The notes under the pieces were generated by a model. It had not been told where the DNA came from and made no database searches. It saw only the letters and a list, made by a program, of their open reading frames with translations. Below are positions 1 to 12,100 of a stretch of 64,000 bases of DNA, one piece after another (position 1 is the first letter of the stretch; every line of letters starts with the position of its first letter). The stretch covers positions 65,412,001 through 65,476,000 of the forward strand of contig OZ076409.1 of assembly GCA_964187785.1 (NCBI GenBank), read 5' to 3'. The translations under genes were made by a program, and so were the position numbers. The stretch is from Amphiscolops sp. MND2022 (lineage: Eukaryota).

Positions 1-239
1 TTGAAAAGAGTTACTGGTCAGTACGTAAGTTATTGAAGGAGTGACTCTTCTTCTACTGCACTTTTTATGAAAACATATCAGGGCATGACAGTCAGTTTTA
101 AGACTGTCATAGTATCAAAGATATAAAAAGAATGACGTCAGGTGTCGTATTTCTAATTTTATCCCAAATATATTTACTGAATGACGTTTAATTCATAGAT
201 CACATGAGAATGGTAAAACCCTGGAGAAACCCTGGAGTG

Positions 240-425
240 ACGTACATGCATCACTTGGATTTCCGCATAATGATACATATTCATTCTACAATAAAAATAG
301 AGAGCCGTATGTGCTATAAAGTGAAATTCCACATGCTGCTGCATATGCGTCACTCTTGTTTCTGCATAGTGCCGCATTAGCGTCACTCTGGTTTCCGCGT
401 ACTGCCGCATAGTTTGCTCATGTTC
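240..425. repeat. Degenerate ~33-bp minisatellite
   Basis: Repeated units such as gcgtcactct(t/g)gtttc(t/c)gc(a/g)ta(g/c)tgccgcat; this periodicity explains the MRxYAETRVT repeats in ORF 174..428. Confidence 0.6.
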
Positions 426-1315
426 CACATATTAGTATAAAAAGAGCTCTCACAAACTGCGTGAACAAATTTTATGAGTCATAATAGTAAGTAATGATGA
501 AAAGAATTTACGCTTCTGATACCTCAAATGTACAATACTGTGAAACGGAACCCTGTTTGAAATCAGGTTAACAAAAATAAAGTTAATGACTACAGTAAGA
601 AGATGGGGAACTAGTATATCGTCCTCGTTTACCATCAAAAACTTCATAATCTTCTGGGAATAGGGTTTGGAAGTTCTAGTTTTCTTGAGAATTGCCCTAT
701 GGCACCAGCACAACAGTGGGGTTGTGACAAGATCATAGGCGTCTTGTTGAACTTTAAAAATCATTTCGACCAATAGTCAGGTTTACTTTCGTAAATAGGC
801 ATTTTTAATTTAGCTATGACCTGTTATAGGGACATATAATTTTTTGTGACGGATTCTGTAGAATTTTCTCCATTTTGAAAGTTCGCCTTTCAATGGACTT
901 CATTTCTCAGTTTTGCAATAACTTTAGTTTAAAACTTTGCTTTTTAAAATTTTGTAGCGCCAGAAAGTTCTGCAAAAATACCAAAAGAACAAAAATCTCA
1001 CTGGCGAGGAAACATTTCCGCTGTGCATATAAATTGCTTTTTTGTCCTTTGTTACTTGTTCCTATCTTCGAAATTTCGTTTCAAAAATGATTGTTAGAAT
1101 TGTGAAAATTGTTAGAATCACAAGCCATCAAGGTTCATCTCGAGTGTTTTTGGCCTCTTTCTGAATTTCTGGTCACTTAATTCTACCGCCATGCCATTTT
1201 GCCTGGTATGCGATTTAAAAAGTCAATGTTAATTCTTTTTTCAACACTTTTGGAGTCTAGAATATTGCCTACAAAAGATCGACGTTTTCACTTATTGACA
1301 TTTTGAAAAAAAAAG

Positions 1316-2254
1316 CTATTCCCGAGTGGGAATCCAATGTATACTCGGTTCTTCCAATTAACGACAACTACATGTATGTATTTCTGAAGCCCCTTTCGGA
1401 TGGTACCTGCACTATCCCCGTAATGGACCAATGCGTGACGTGTTCCTCCGACGACGAACTGAATGCTTGTGTGTCGGAAGTGGAGATTAACGGCATCCGG
1501 GGAATCACGACCAAAGATTGCGACAAACACACCGGCTACTTCGGATGCTGGGTGGAGGAATTTTCGCGCAAAAACGGCTCCTACTTCTTCTCCAGAGGAT
1601 GTGGCTACTACTGCACAGACTCCTACATGAACAACACCTACTGTTTCATAAACCAGAAGGTAGAGTATGTATGTGGAGAACAGCATGTCGAGTAAAACAA
1701 CTCAAAAACCCAATCATAGGTCAAAAATGATGTAGAAAAATTTTAGTTTGTAGAAAAAAGTTGTGATGTAGAAAAATTCTTGTTTTCATTTCAAAATGAC
1801 AATAACCAGATTTCATATTTCTATTTCTTCAAAGCTTTTCATATTTCATGAGCTTCCAAATTTTTTGAGATTACTGTGGGTTCTGCAAAATTTTCTTGCC
1901 GAAATGAAGACATTTTACTTGAATGATGTCTTTCAACTATTCATGTGTATCATCGTGTATTTGCATTTAATTAGATAAATTTCTTTTCCTTTCATATTTT
2001 CAACCAATTACAAGAGTTAAAAGTTTTCTTGACTCCAGTGAACAAACTTCATTAGTATTTGAACGAAAATTTTCCAGGGTACACCGGAAGAAGAACGCAT
2101 ATGTCGAAGCTGTTGCAAGTACGAGGAAAATTGCAACATAATGGAAATCAAGAGCTTTTCTACCCATCTAATGGTGCACTTCCCGGCCGTGATCTTTGTC
2201 TTGGGGGTGTCTCTGCTGATCACAAAGACCTTTCTTGCCCCTCTCGACTTCTGA
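1316..2254 (+). CDS. Ly6/uPAR (three-finger) domain protein, probably GPI-anchored; last two exons, join(~1316..1659,2078..2254), 5'-partial
   Basis: The first exon reads QCVTCSSDDELNAC...KDC...FGC...SRGCGYYC...TYCFINQK with donor AAG|GTAGAG at 1659/1660. Acceptor tttccag|GGT at 2078 continues in phase 0: GTPEEERICRSCCKYEENCN followed by a hydrophobic tail FPAVIFVLGVSLLITKTFLAPLDF* (TGA 2252-2254). CxxC start, RGC and CC...CN end are LU-domain hallmarks. The signal-peptide exon was not found and the 5' acceptor is uncertain. Confidence 0.8.
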
Positions 2255-2758
2255 CCTGACCTTGACCGGGTCACAACCCACATAAAAGGAACAGCTGTCT
2301 TATCTTGATGCCTTGAACTGCTTTTGAAAGTCTCAAACTTTCTGATTTAGGTGATATTTTTAAAGGAAAACTGACGGAGAATGTGAACTTATATTCACTT
2401 ATTCTAGTTTCGAAGAACACCAATGATGAAGCAGGAAGAAATATTGCCTATTGCAGACTTCCAGAACTTCCTAAAAATCCGATGCTCAAACGAAGTCGGA
2501 TTCATGTGTGTCAAAAACGAATTGAGTGGAAAATGCAGTCATTTCATAGCCAAATTGTAAATTATTTTAGAGAAAAAACCTATTTAAACACTAAAATCAC
2601 ACTTTCTGACCCCTGAGAACCATATAATGCGTTACAGGAATAGCAAAAACGATGTTCAAAACAAGACAGCCGCTGAGCAGCGAGATAGTTTCCGCCCCAC
2701 ACTCTTATACAACATCCTAAAATTCAGAACTTTATTCGCACTTCGTAGTAACAACAGC

Positions 2759-3100
2759 GGGGGCTTGTAGTAACAGCAGAAAATTATTGGTTTGTTGAAC
2801 CAGGACTTGCTGTGGAAGGATTAGTGGTTGGTTTTTCTATTGATCAAAGACTTTTGAGAAAACTGGATTTCGTCAAAAACTGAATTTTGGGAAAACATAT
2901 CCATTTTTTACGCAAAAAACCCATTTTTCTCAGCTTTGGAGACGTATTTCCTTCTTCTATTGCTTGTGCCATTCAAATCAACCTAGGTACCACTTACTTG
3001 CTGAAAAAAACTATGCTAGAGAAAATGGGCTACTGGCAAAAGGAATCAGAAGTTGGAAAAAAAGGTACGCTGCTTAAAAGCACAACTAGGCTCATTAGGG
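2759..3100 (+). mobile_element. Partial copy of piggyBac-like non-autonomous element (same family as 32667..33253)
   Basis: Aligns by eye with 32900..33253 (ggggcttgtagtaaca... ttctcagctttggagac... ) and ends ATTAGGG|TTAA. Confidence 0.65.
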
Positions 3101-5602
3101 TTAACTCTGGTGATGAAAAACAAGGCGCCCGCTGAGAAGCGAGATATTTTCCGCCCCAAACTCTTCTACAAATAAATAAATTTGAGGCTCAAGAATGACC
3201 AATGCACTATAAAAACGCAAAGAAATTCGAAGAAAAGAAAGCTTTGATTCATCATAGCCAATTTTTAGGGAAACACCTAATTGTGCGATAGCTGGCGACT
3301 TTTGGTTTTTTCGGCACTTTGTGGCTTACCTAGTAAAGAGATATTTTCAGCAATTTTCAAATTTTCAGTTTTTGAGGTTTTCTGTAAAGGAACTAAGTTT
3401 CCCGAGTCTTGAGGGTGACTTCTTTGTTACTTTTGATCATGTAGACCTGATGAGTTTTCTTATTGATTCATTTCAGTTTTTTTGGCTCTGTGCGTTTTTC
3501 CGAAACTTTCATTCGGTAGAATGGTACCCTTGCTTCCATAGCTGATTTCGGCTTGAGAGAAGTAGTTTTGCGAGATGAAACTCGTGTCGCCATCATAAAA
3601 CTTTGCCCGAAAAAATCAAAAAAGATTTTTTATGATTGCTGTTGGAGAAAAAGTAGATTCCGAGTCTCAGGCGTAAATCTTCGGGCAGTTTTTGGCACTG
3701 AGAAAATAGTAAAAAGTTGAAACTATGTCCTTTGCAAGTTGATGAAACTAGAACGGTCCCGGTTGGTTACATTTTTGCACATAGTTTCACAAGAAGTGTC
3801 AAAAATTGGAAACACTTTCAACAACTTTGGGGTCAATTCGAGGGACCTTTCCAACATGAATCTACAGATGTTTCTTCAAAAAAAAACCTACTGGACACCG
3901 GGTTTAGTTGTTGTTGAATGTTTACACCATTCTAACCCACAAAGTAGCCCGAAAAATTTTCCTTTGGAAGGTATACTCCATATTTAATGATTTTACTTTG
4001 ATCTCATTGAGTATTAAACATTTGACAAAGAAGGTCGAACTTTAAATTTTCAAAAAATTTTTTGAAAGTTGTGCAAATAAACTTGCCTGATATCTTTCTG
4101 AAACACTACCGGTAGCTACACGTTTCAACCCTGAGCCTATGGGTTTCTGATTGAAGTAAAGTTTTGGAAACGGTCCAAAAATGGGACTGTTTCAGAAACT
4201 GAGAAAATTCGGGAAACTTGGCAGCTTTGTTCTAAACTCGATGAACTTCATCCCAGTTTTTTTGAATTGCCTTTTGAATACCCTCTCGTTTGAACGCTCA
4301 GGTTGAAAGTTTTATTCTACAAAAACTGATGTGGTTTGAACAAAAGTCGTTTTCAATTTGTCAAAAGTTGTGCTACGGTTGTTTCTGAGGCCAATTCCAA
4401 CATAACCTCGCAAATATATCTCCAAATTTTTGTAAGGATGTCACGGGAAGTCATTGTTGAAATTTTAATCCATTTTATGCTAGGAAGTAGCTCGATAATT
4501 TTCTCCGTAAAATATGCGAATTTTTCTCAAAAACACGTGCTACGGGCCTAGTTTTCTCATCCGGATGTTTTCGAAGCATTTATTGTTCCGAAATTTTTCA
4601 ATATCAGAAAAATTCACTGAAAATCTCAGAAATCAACAACAATGTTAACATTTTTGACTTTTTGCGGTCCATTTCTGCAATTTTCGAGCTGAAGTCTGCA
4701 AATACTTCCCTAATGCCTACTGACTTATGATTTCTATCCGTGTTAAAAGTTTGCACATATTCTGATTCCAAAACATTTCAAAAAGTACACATAAGTTGCA
4801 TAGAAACGTGAAAATGTTGGAATTTTTGGAGTCATTCTGCAGTGTTTTCGAAGCAACACGCTGCAACGTTCTTTTCAAAAAATGTTCTGCATTGCTCATT
4901 CTTCCCTAGTTGATTGTGTTGGTATATCAAATTTTTCGACAAATTCAGGGTCACTTTGAGGAATCTTTCTTTCACAAATTGAACTTATCTCCCGACGCAA
5001 AGTCACTGAAACAACAAATTTTTCCATTGTTCAGGGGTTTCAACGTTCTAGCCCACCAAGTCTAGTGATATGTTGACAAAAATTGAACAAAACTGGTGAA
5101 AATCTGGACGTTTTTGAATTGTTGTTTTTTTTCAATGTCATTTCCAGACATTTTCAGTTTTCTTTTCATAAAAGACTACCAGACAACAAAATTTTACCTT
5201 GATGAACGTTTTCATCTTGTGTTGAACACTCCAATCCACAGAGTCTGTAAAAATTTTGGCAGAAATTGAATTAAATTTTTGAACGTTGGAAAGTTTTGTG
5301 TTTTTCGTATTTTCCGGTTCCAACTTGAGACATAGTCTCTTACCGAAGAGAAGAAGTAATATACTCTTCGGAAAAGCCTACTGGACGACGAACTCTTTCC
5401 TTGTTGACCCTTTTCAATATTCCAACCAATCCACAGGTTTTGTCAACAATAAGACTAAAATTTGCACGAAAACTTCGGAAAAAGAAAATTTTGGGTTTCT
5501 GGTCAATGTCGGTGTCAATTTGAGATCCTTTCCATTTAAAAAACAGCTCCTTTTTTTCGAAAAAAAACAGCAAACTTCCTACTGGACAACGAATTCGTGC
5601 CA

Positions 5603-7185
5603 TTTTTAGTCAGCGTTTTTCTTAAGAAAAGAGGCCGACTATTACAGTCACTCGTTTTTTTTATTTAAGACAGACTCGAAGCGACGAACGTTAAAATTAA
5701 CGTTCAACTACTAAATAAGTACTAAACTACTGGACCGCTAAAGGCAAACGGGGAGCGCATTCATTTACTTTTTAGACGTTTACATACAAGCCCGGACGGA
5801 ACTAAAGTTCAACCCCCCCCCCCTTTCGATTTTTTTTCGGCACTGTGAGACTTTTTTTCGAAATTTTTTTAATGTCCCCAAAAGGTCCCCCCTTTGAGTT
5901 TTTTGTTTTTTTTTGCTACACAATGCGTGTTTATAAATCAAAAAAGGTCCCCCCTTTTACATTTTTCGGCACTGTGCGACATTTTCCGAAAGAAATTTTT
6001 TTTCGAAAATTTCAAGTTTTTTCCAAAAAAAAATGTTTTGCGCTTTTTGAGCCTTAGATATAGCGTCGACTTGAGACGTTCCCGTCTTGTTCCCGTTTCA
6101 AAAAGCTGCAGTTGGATCTGTTGACAATTAGCTGTTTTTAGTCGGCGCATTTTAGAAGAAAATGAGCCCGACTATTACAGTGGCAAGTTTTTTTTTCTTT
6201 TTTTTTTCGTCAGACCACAGAATGTATGCGTAGTGGACACTTTTTACAGAACTACTAAAAGTACTGCACCGGCAAGCGGAATCATATCTGAGTTACTGCA
6301 AAGGGTCCCCCCTTTCGTGTACTCAATTTTTAACGTAAGATACAAAACCGGACGGAACTACAGGGTCCCCCCTTTGAATTTTTTTCGGCACTGTGCGACT
6401 TTTTTTTCGAAATTTTTTTAATGTCCCCAAAGGGTCCCCCCTTGGAGTTTTTTGTTATTTTGCAACAGAATGCGTGTTTATAAATCAAAAAAGGTCCCCC
6501 CTTTTACATTTTTCGGCACTGTGCGACATTTTCCGAAAGAAATTTTTTTTCGAAAATTTCAAGTTTTTTCCAAAAAAAAATGTTTTGCGCTTTTTGAGCC
6601 TTAGATATAGCGTCGACTTGAGACGTTCCCGTCTTGTTCCCGTTTCAAAAAGCTGCAGTTGGATCTGTTGACAATTAGCTGTTTTTAGTCGGCGCATTTT
6701 AGAAGAAAATGAGCCCGACTATTACAGTGGCAAGTTTTTTTTCTTTTTTTTTTCGTCAGACCACAGAATGTATGCGTAGTGGACACTTTTTACAGAACTA
6801 CTAAAAGTACTGCACCGGCAAGCGGAATCATATCTGAGTTACTGCAAAGGGTCCCCCCTTTCGTGTACTCAATTTTTAACGTAAGATACAAAACCGGACG
6901 GAACTACAGGGTCCCCCCTTTGAATTTTTTTCGGCACTGTGCGACTTTTTTTTCGAAATTTTTTTAATGTCCCCAAAGGGTCCCCCCTTGGAGTTTTTTG
7001 TTATTTTGCAACAGAATGTGTGTTTATAAATCAAAAAGGGTCCCCCCTTTTACATTTTTCGGCACTACGCGACATTTTCCGAAAGAAAATTTTTTTTCGA
7101 AAATTTCAAGTTTTTTCCAAAAAAATGTTTTGCGCTTTTTGAGACTTAGATATAGCGCCGACTTGAGACGTTCCCGTCTTGTTTT
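5603..7185 (+). mobile_element. Three head-to-tail copies of the Helentron/DINE-1-like non-autonomous repeat (5603..6091, 6135..6638, 6682..7185)
   Basis: Each copy starts TTTTTAGTC(G/A)GCG with a hairpin and ends GCG(C/T)CGACTTG-AGACGttccCGTCT-TGTT. Copies are separated by an identical 43-bp spacer; period is ~547 bp. Confidence 0.8.
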
Positions 7186-8033
7186 CCGTTCCCCTAAAAC
7201 TGTACGATCATTTAGGCACCACCGTGATAGAGACTAGTAATATCACTGAAGCTTTTTCCCAATTATCTTTCACTTTTGGAGCCGGGATATAGATTGTAAA
7301 TCTGAGAGTGCGCAAATTAACTGCATCCAAACTGCTGCCAAAATGTAAACATGAAAAAGATCAGAGCCATCACAATCGTCTTGCCGAAAAGTCAATGGTA
7401 AGTAAAAGTTTGACATCAATCTTTGGAAAATAGTATTGCAAACTCGAGCGTCATTCAGCAGAAACCTGGAGAAAAACAACATGTCGTTAACAAATGTGAT
7501 CAATTTTTCTTCGTGAAAATCATTATATCAAAATTGTCAATATTGACTTCACTTCTGTCATTTTCAAAGTTTCAATTTTGAATCATGAATTTTTATAATC
7601 AATCACTCAATTCCAGGCAACTTTCGTGCCTTTTAAAATTTCTATCAAAGAGATTAAACGTCATTCAAAAATTATGAAAATCAATTTTATACTTTTTCAC
7701 TAATTTTACCATTTGAGGTTCGCTTGCCATTGAGGTAATAGTATCTTGACATTATTGTTCACAAACACTACAAGCTCGTTTGTAGAAGTTTCTGTAATTC
7801 CTTGTGAAATGTTAAAAATAAGCAATTTTGAAGACAAAGTTGTCAAACTTTAAAAATGGTCCAGTTTTGAGACATGAAACAACAGATCAACAAATATTTT
7901 TACTCCAAAGGTACAAAAACCCTAAAATGCTTGTTTTGTGAGCGGAAGTAGTGTAGTTGAGCATTCTTCAGTGTTGGAAAAATTACAATCTTGAAAATGA
8001 ATGTCTAGTAATCCCAGTCATTATTATCCAAGA

Positions 8034-8405
8034 ACAAGCCGGGAACGGCCCAAGTCGGCGCCATATCTAAGGCTCAAAAATAGCAAAAGGACTTCAAAGT
8101 GTCAAGTATTCTCTTCTACAGTACCCGCATGAGGAAAAAATTGAAAAAAAATCCCATTTTTTCGAAGTTTTTTTCAAATTTTTATTGGTCTCCGATAAGT
8201 CGCATAGTGCCGAAAAATGTAGAAGGAGACCTCAAAAAAGCCTAATTAACCTCTATCTCAAGTGCCAGTAGAAGTAGTGTGGCATTCAGTGTTAGTTCAA
8301 GTCAGCTTATAAAGCTTATAAAATCTTTCACCTCGTTGGTCTTAAAAAAAGAAAAGCCACTACTATAGTCTGCGTTTTTCTACGAAAAAGCGCCGACTAA
8401 AAAAA
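8034..8405 (-). mobile_element. Short copy of the Helentron/DINE-1-like repeat
   Basis: Begins acaagccgggaacggcccaagtcggcgccatatctaaggctcaaaa and ends tagtctgcgtttttctacgaaaaagcgccgactaaaaa; same termini as the other copies. Confidence 0.75.
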
Positions 8406-8813
8406 TGTGACAAATTATTGCAACTAACTGATGTTGATAATTTTTCATGAGCAGGCAATTCGCAATGATTGTTCCAATCAATAGAAGCAATCCTACGGTA
8501 TGGAATTGGCGTTTCAATAATGGTTGCTACTGTTCAATTTGAATGTTTGGAAATATGATAGATCTTGATACATTTAAGGATTTTTTATATATACAAAAAC
8601 GTTTGGCTATTATTTTCATTATAGCTGATCCTTGTGGACTACCAAAATCTAAATTTATCGTTCTGTAAATAATTAGGTGTCGCCCGGTTTCTTAAGATGT
8701 TTTTGCTGGGACAAGGTAACGAGTTTATATTTAAGTTTCGTTTCTGACTTCTGTAAGAGAGTTTCAGCACCGAAATTTGATACAAAGTTTCTCGACCGAA
8801 AAGCATTAGAGTG

Positions 8814-9070
8814 CCCTGGTTGAAAACAAATGCAATCCTTGCAAGGATCTTGCCAAATCCTTGTATTTAATCTATTTTTTGAAAGATCTTGCAAGCAAAT
8901 TAATTCCTTGCCAAATTCTTACAATATCTTTGCAATGAAAGCATTGGTTGCAGGGATTTTGCAAGGAATGCATTTTACGCAAGTGTCTTTCAAAATTCTA
9001 TCAAGGAATCCAAGGAAAATACATTACCTTGCAAGATCGTGAAAAATTCTTGCATTATTCTCAACCAGTG
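8814..9070. mobile_element. MITE with ~22-bp imperfect TIRs and internal cttgcaag palindromes
   Basis: Left ccctggttgaaaacaaatgcaa versus reverse complement of right end cactggttgagaataatgcaa; many tcttgcaag/gcaagatc motifs. TSD not clean. Related motifs at 55577..55680. Confidence 0.6.
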
Positions 9071-9146
9071 AGTACTCAGTTTTTGACAGCCCATTAACCT
9101 CAAGTAAACGATAGAACAGTAGGGTGCATATAAAAGAGTAACAACC

Positions 9147-12100
9147 GTGATTTCACTGGCACCTCAACCTCGACAACTTCTTTCACTAGAACTTCTAGTG
9201 AGTGGACTTCTTCACTGGCACCCGAAATAAACATCACCCTTTTCGAGCAGACCCTCACTTGGTATGATCTGTCGTTTGCGCCCGTCAATCTCCTCCTGTC
9301 AGGAGCAGGCCTGAGCCTTGATGGCGCATTCATGCTATTCATTCAAATCTTCACCTGCTGTCTGAGCACATATTGCATTTTGGGTAAGGCTAATGTTTTT
9401 ATTGCTTTGACGATTTCTAAGCCTCAACCTAGAAAAGGCATTCAGAAGGAATCTCTGGTAAGAAAGTTTCGATTGTTAAAATGATCGATGAAGGTCAGGA
9501 AATGCCCCACGGATCGTTTGTTTCATTTTAAATGATATTTGAAAAACAAATGAAAATCTTATTTTCATAACAAAATTACGAAGTTTTCCAAAAAATATTA
9601 TATGATTGGAGAACCCTCTGAAAAGTTTTGTTGTCTCTTGTTTGCGAGATAACCATTGTAACTTTCACGTTGAATTGTCACCAAAACTATTGTCACCATT
9701 TTTAGGAAACGTTTTACTCTTTGCATTCCTAATGGCCACGGAAGAATTGCGCTGCTGGCACAGGTTTCCCAGTCATGTTTCAAGCTATTTGTGACGTAAT
9801 CGGACCTGGATTTGCAAATTTGGTGAATGAAATTCAGCTCTACTCGGATATCGAGACCGTCAGAAATAACATATACATGATCCAGAAAACTTACGTCGTG
9901 ATATTTGCCCAATTGGTCGATATCATGGTTAGGACAACCAAAAAGGGCAAAAGGGCAATAGGGGCAAAAAGGGCAGGAATACGGGTTAGGGGCAAAAAGT
10001 TTATTAAAAGGCAAAAAAGGCAAAATACATCGAATGTTGTACTTTTTCGTATATATTCACCCCTTTTCTGAAAAATACGAGTCGTGTGAATTTGTGTACA
10101 GGAGTTTCTCAGAAATAACCATTTAGCAAACTCAACAAGATGCTAGCCAAGGACCGTCATTTTGATGTTACAAATATCGAGAATTACATTTGCATTTATT
10201 GTAACATTTCACTTTAATAAACGAATTTGACTTTTTTGTTAAATCCTCGCTTTCAAACGCGTGCCGATAAAGGGCAAACAAGGGGCAAATTTTAAATTAA
10301 AGGGCGGCAAATAAAGGGCAAAATTTTAAAAAATAAAGGGCAAATCGCGGTTGCCCTAATCATGGTATTGGATAGACAGACATCTTGTATTGTGACTCAT
10401 TTGAGACTGCTTTTGAACGAGTATAGCACGGGAGTGTGTGCGCTAGCTACCGCTGGGTTCAGGTAAGAGATCGGATGTTATCAAATCACCGAGAAACCCA
10501 AAGCAAAAAATGAGACCGGCTTACGTCGGCGCCCCGCCTAAAGCGTCAAAACAAAAACATGGGTACTTGTAATATTTTCATCAGAAAAAATAATCAGAGA
10601 AACTCCCTGAAAGTGTTGATAAGTTTTTAAAAAATTTCGCTCAATTCAATTTATCTTCACGTTAATTCATTTTCCCCATGTTTATTCATTTAGATGAAAA
10701 CCTTCCAAATGTACGGTATTGATTTCCATTCGATCTATGCGGCGACTGTGATGCGCTAAATAATCGGCAATTCACCTGTTTATCACTCACGTACGGTTCG
10801 ATTTTTCGCGCGCTTCGGACTGCATGTTATTACTTTGAACACTTGAAGAAGATTAATGAATAGAAAATGGCTTACTATATATTTTTTTAGAAACACCGGC
10901 TTCCAAAGCAGTACCAGGGAAATCCTCATTAAATGTTTTAATGGACCATTAAAAACTAATTTACCTTCCTTCAATGGTATTTTTGGAACTCCATGAAACA
11001 AGTCTGGACAATTTATTTTCGATTTTCTAATTCAATCGAAGAGTCACTTTCGACCGAATTGTTCAACTACTAGGTGAACCAAAAAAAACAGAATGCACAA
11101 AAAATGCACAAATCGTAATGTTTGTAAACAAAACACTGAAAATCTCTCACTTTCTCTGCCAATCATCCTCTCATTGCGTAAATAAATCTTCAAAAACAAT
11201 CATCCGAACTTTCAGAAAAAGTCCAGACATCTTTACCAGTCATTCCGTTCACACTTTTGAGATATGATGAAAGTTTCTTGGCTTCGGAGAAAAATCAAAT
11301 TGAGTAACTGACAAGCTGAGTTGCCATGTTCAGAGTTGTTTTGAAACATTTATTTATAAATATTGGAAACTTCGAGTGCTCAAACATTTTCACGCGTTCT
11401 GTTTTTTTTTTGGTTCACCTCTCTCTCATTTTTTTCCTGCTCAACTCATGTACGTGTTCTTAACATGATGGAACGTAATCCGATCTCTGAAAAAGATACC
11501 TCTTCGTTTGCAAACCTCTCTACTAAACAAAGGAGAACTTTCATCGGAACATAGCAGTAGTGATTGTTCTCGTGGTATGTCTGGACTTCATCTGCAGCAG
11601 TCTTCCCTCGATTTGATCTTCAACCCGTCTTATCACACCTATCTACAAGGCGAGGAAAACCCCAGGTTTGGTTGAAATTCGTTTTCAAAATATAATTTGA
11701 ACTGATAAATACCATGATATACAGAAGCGTTTCAATAGAATAGAACCTATATGGCAATACTGCAAACGGGATTTTCTAAACAGTTGAAAATTTTTAGAAT
11801 CAAAGTCGTACGGTGCAAAAAATGGAGGGCCCAAAAATGTCGTAATTTCCAAAATCGATAAGATTTAGAGTAACTTTTATGTTAAAACAAACCAAAAATA
11901 TTCGACGAGGACAATTTAATACAAAACTGGAAAACTTCAAATTGAAAGTCGATCATTTTTTCTGACACTCAAAGTGAAAGACTTCTCGAAATTAGAAGAG
12001 GCATGTTTAAAACGAAATTGATTGGTCTTAAACTGCTGAAAATCAGTTGATGTGGTTGAGAAACAGAAAACGGTTATCATTTGATAGGTTTAAACGAGCG

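Noticed and set aside
5845..7237. Cluster of short Phe/Lys-rich ORFs (also 49290..50136, 56690..57333, 62185..62641)
   Set aside because: They are translations of the non-coding interspersed repeat with variable homopolymer lengths.
7210..7470. Exon-like minus-strand segment with an acceptor and a hydrophobic stretch
   Set aside because: No partner exons or recognisable motif; it could be a pseudogene fragment but I cannot support a call.
9100..9342. Minus-strand 80-aa ORF
   Set aside because: It is the antisense shadow of the plus-strand GPCR pseudogene exon 1.
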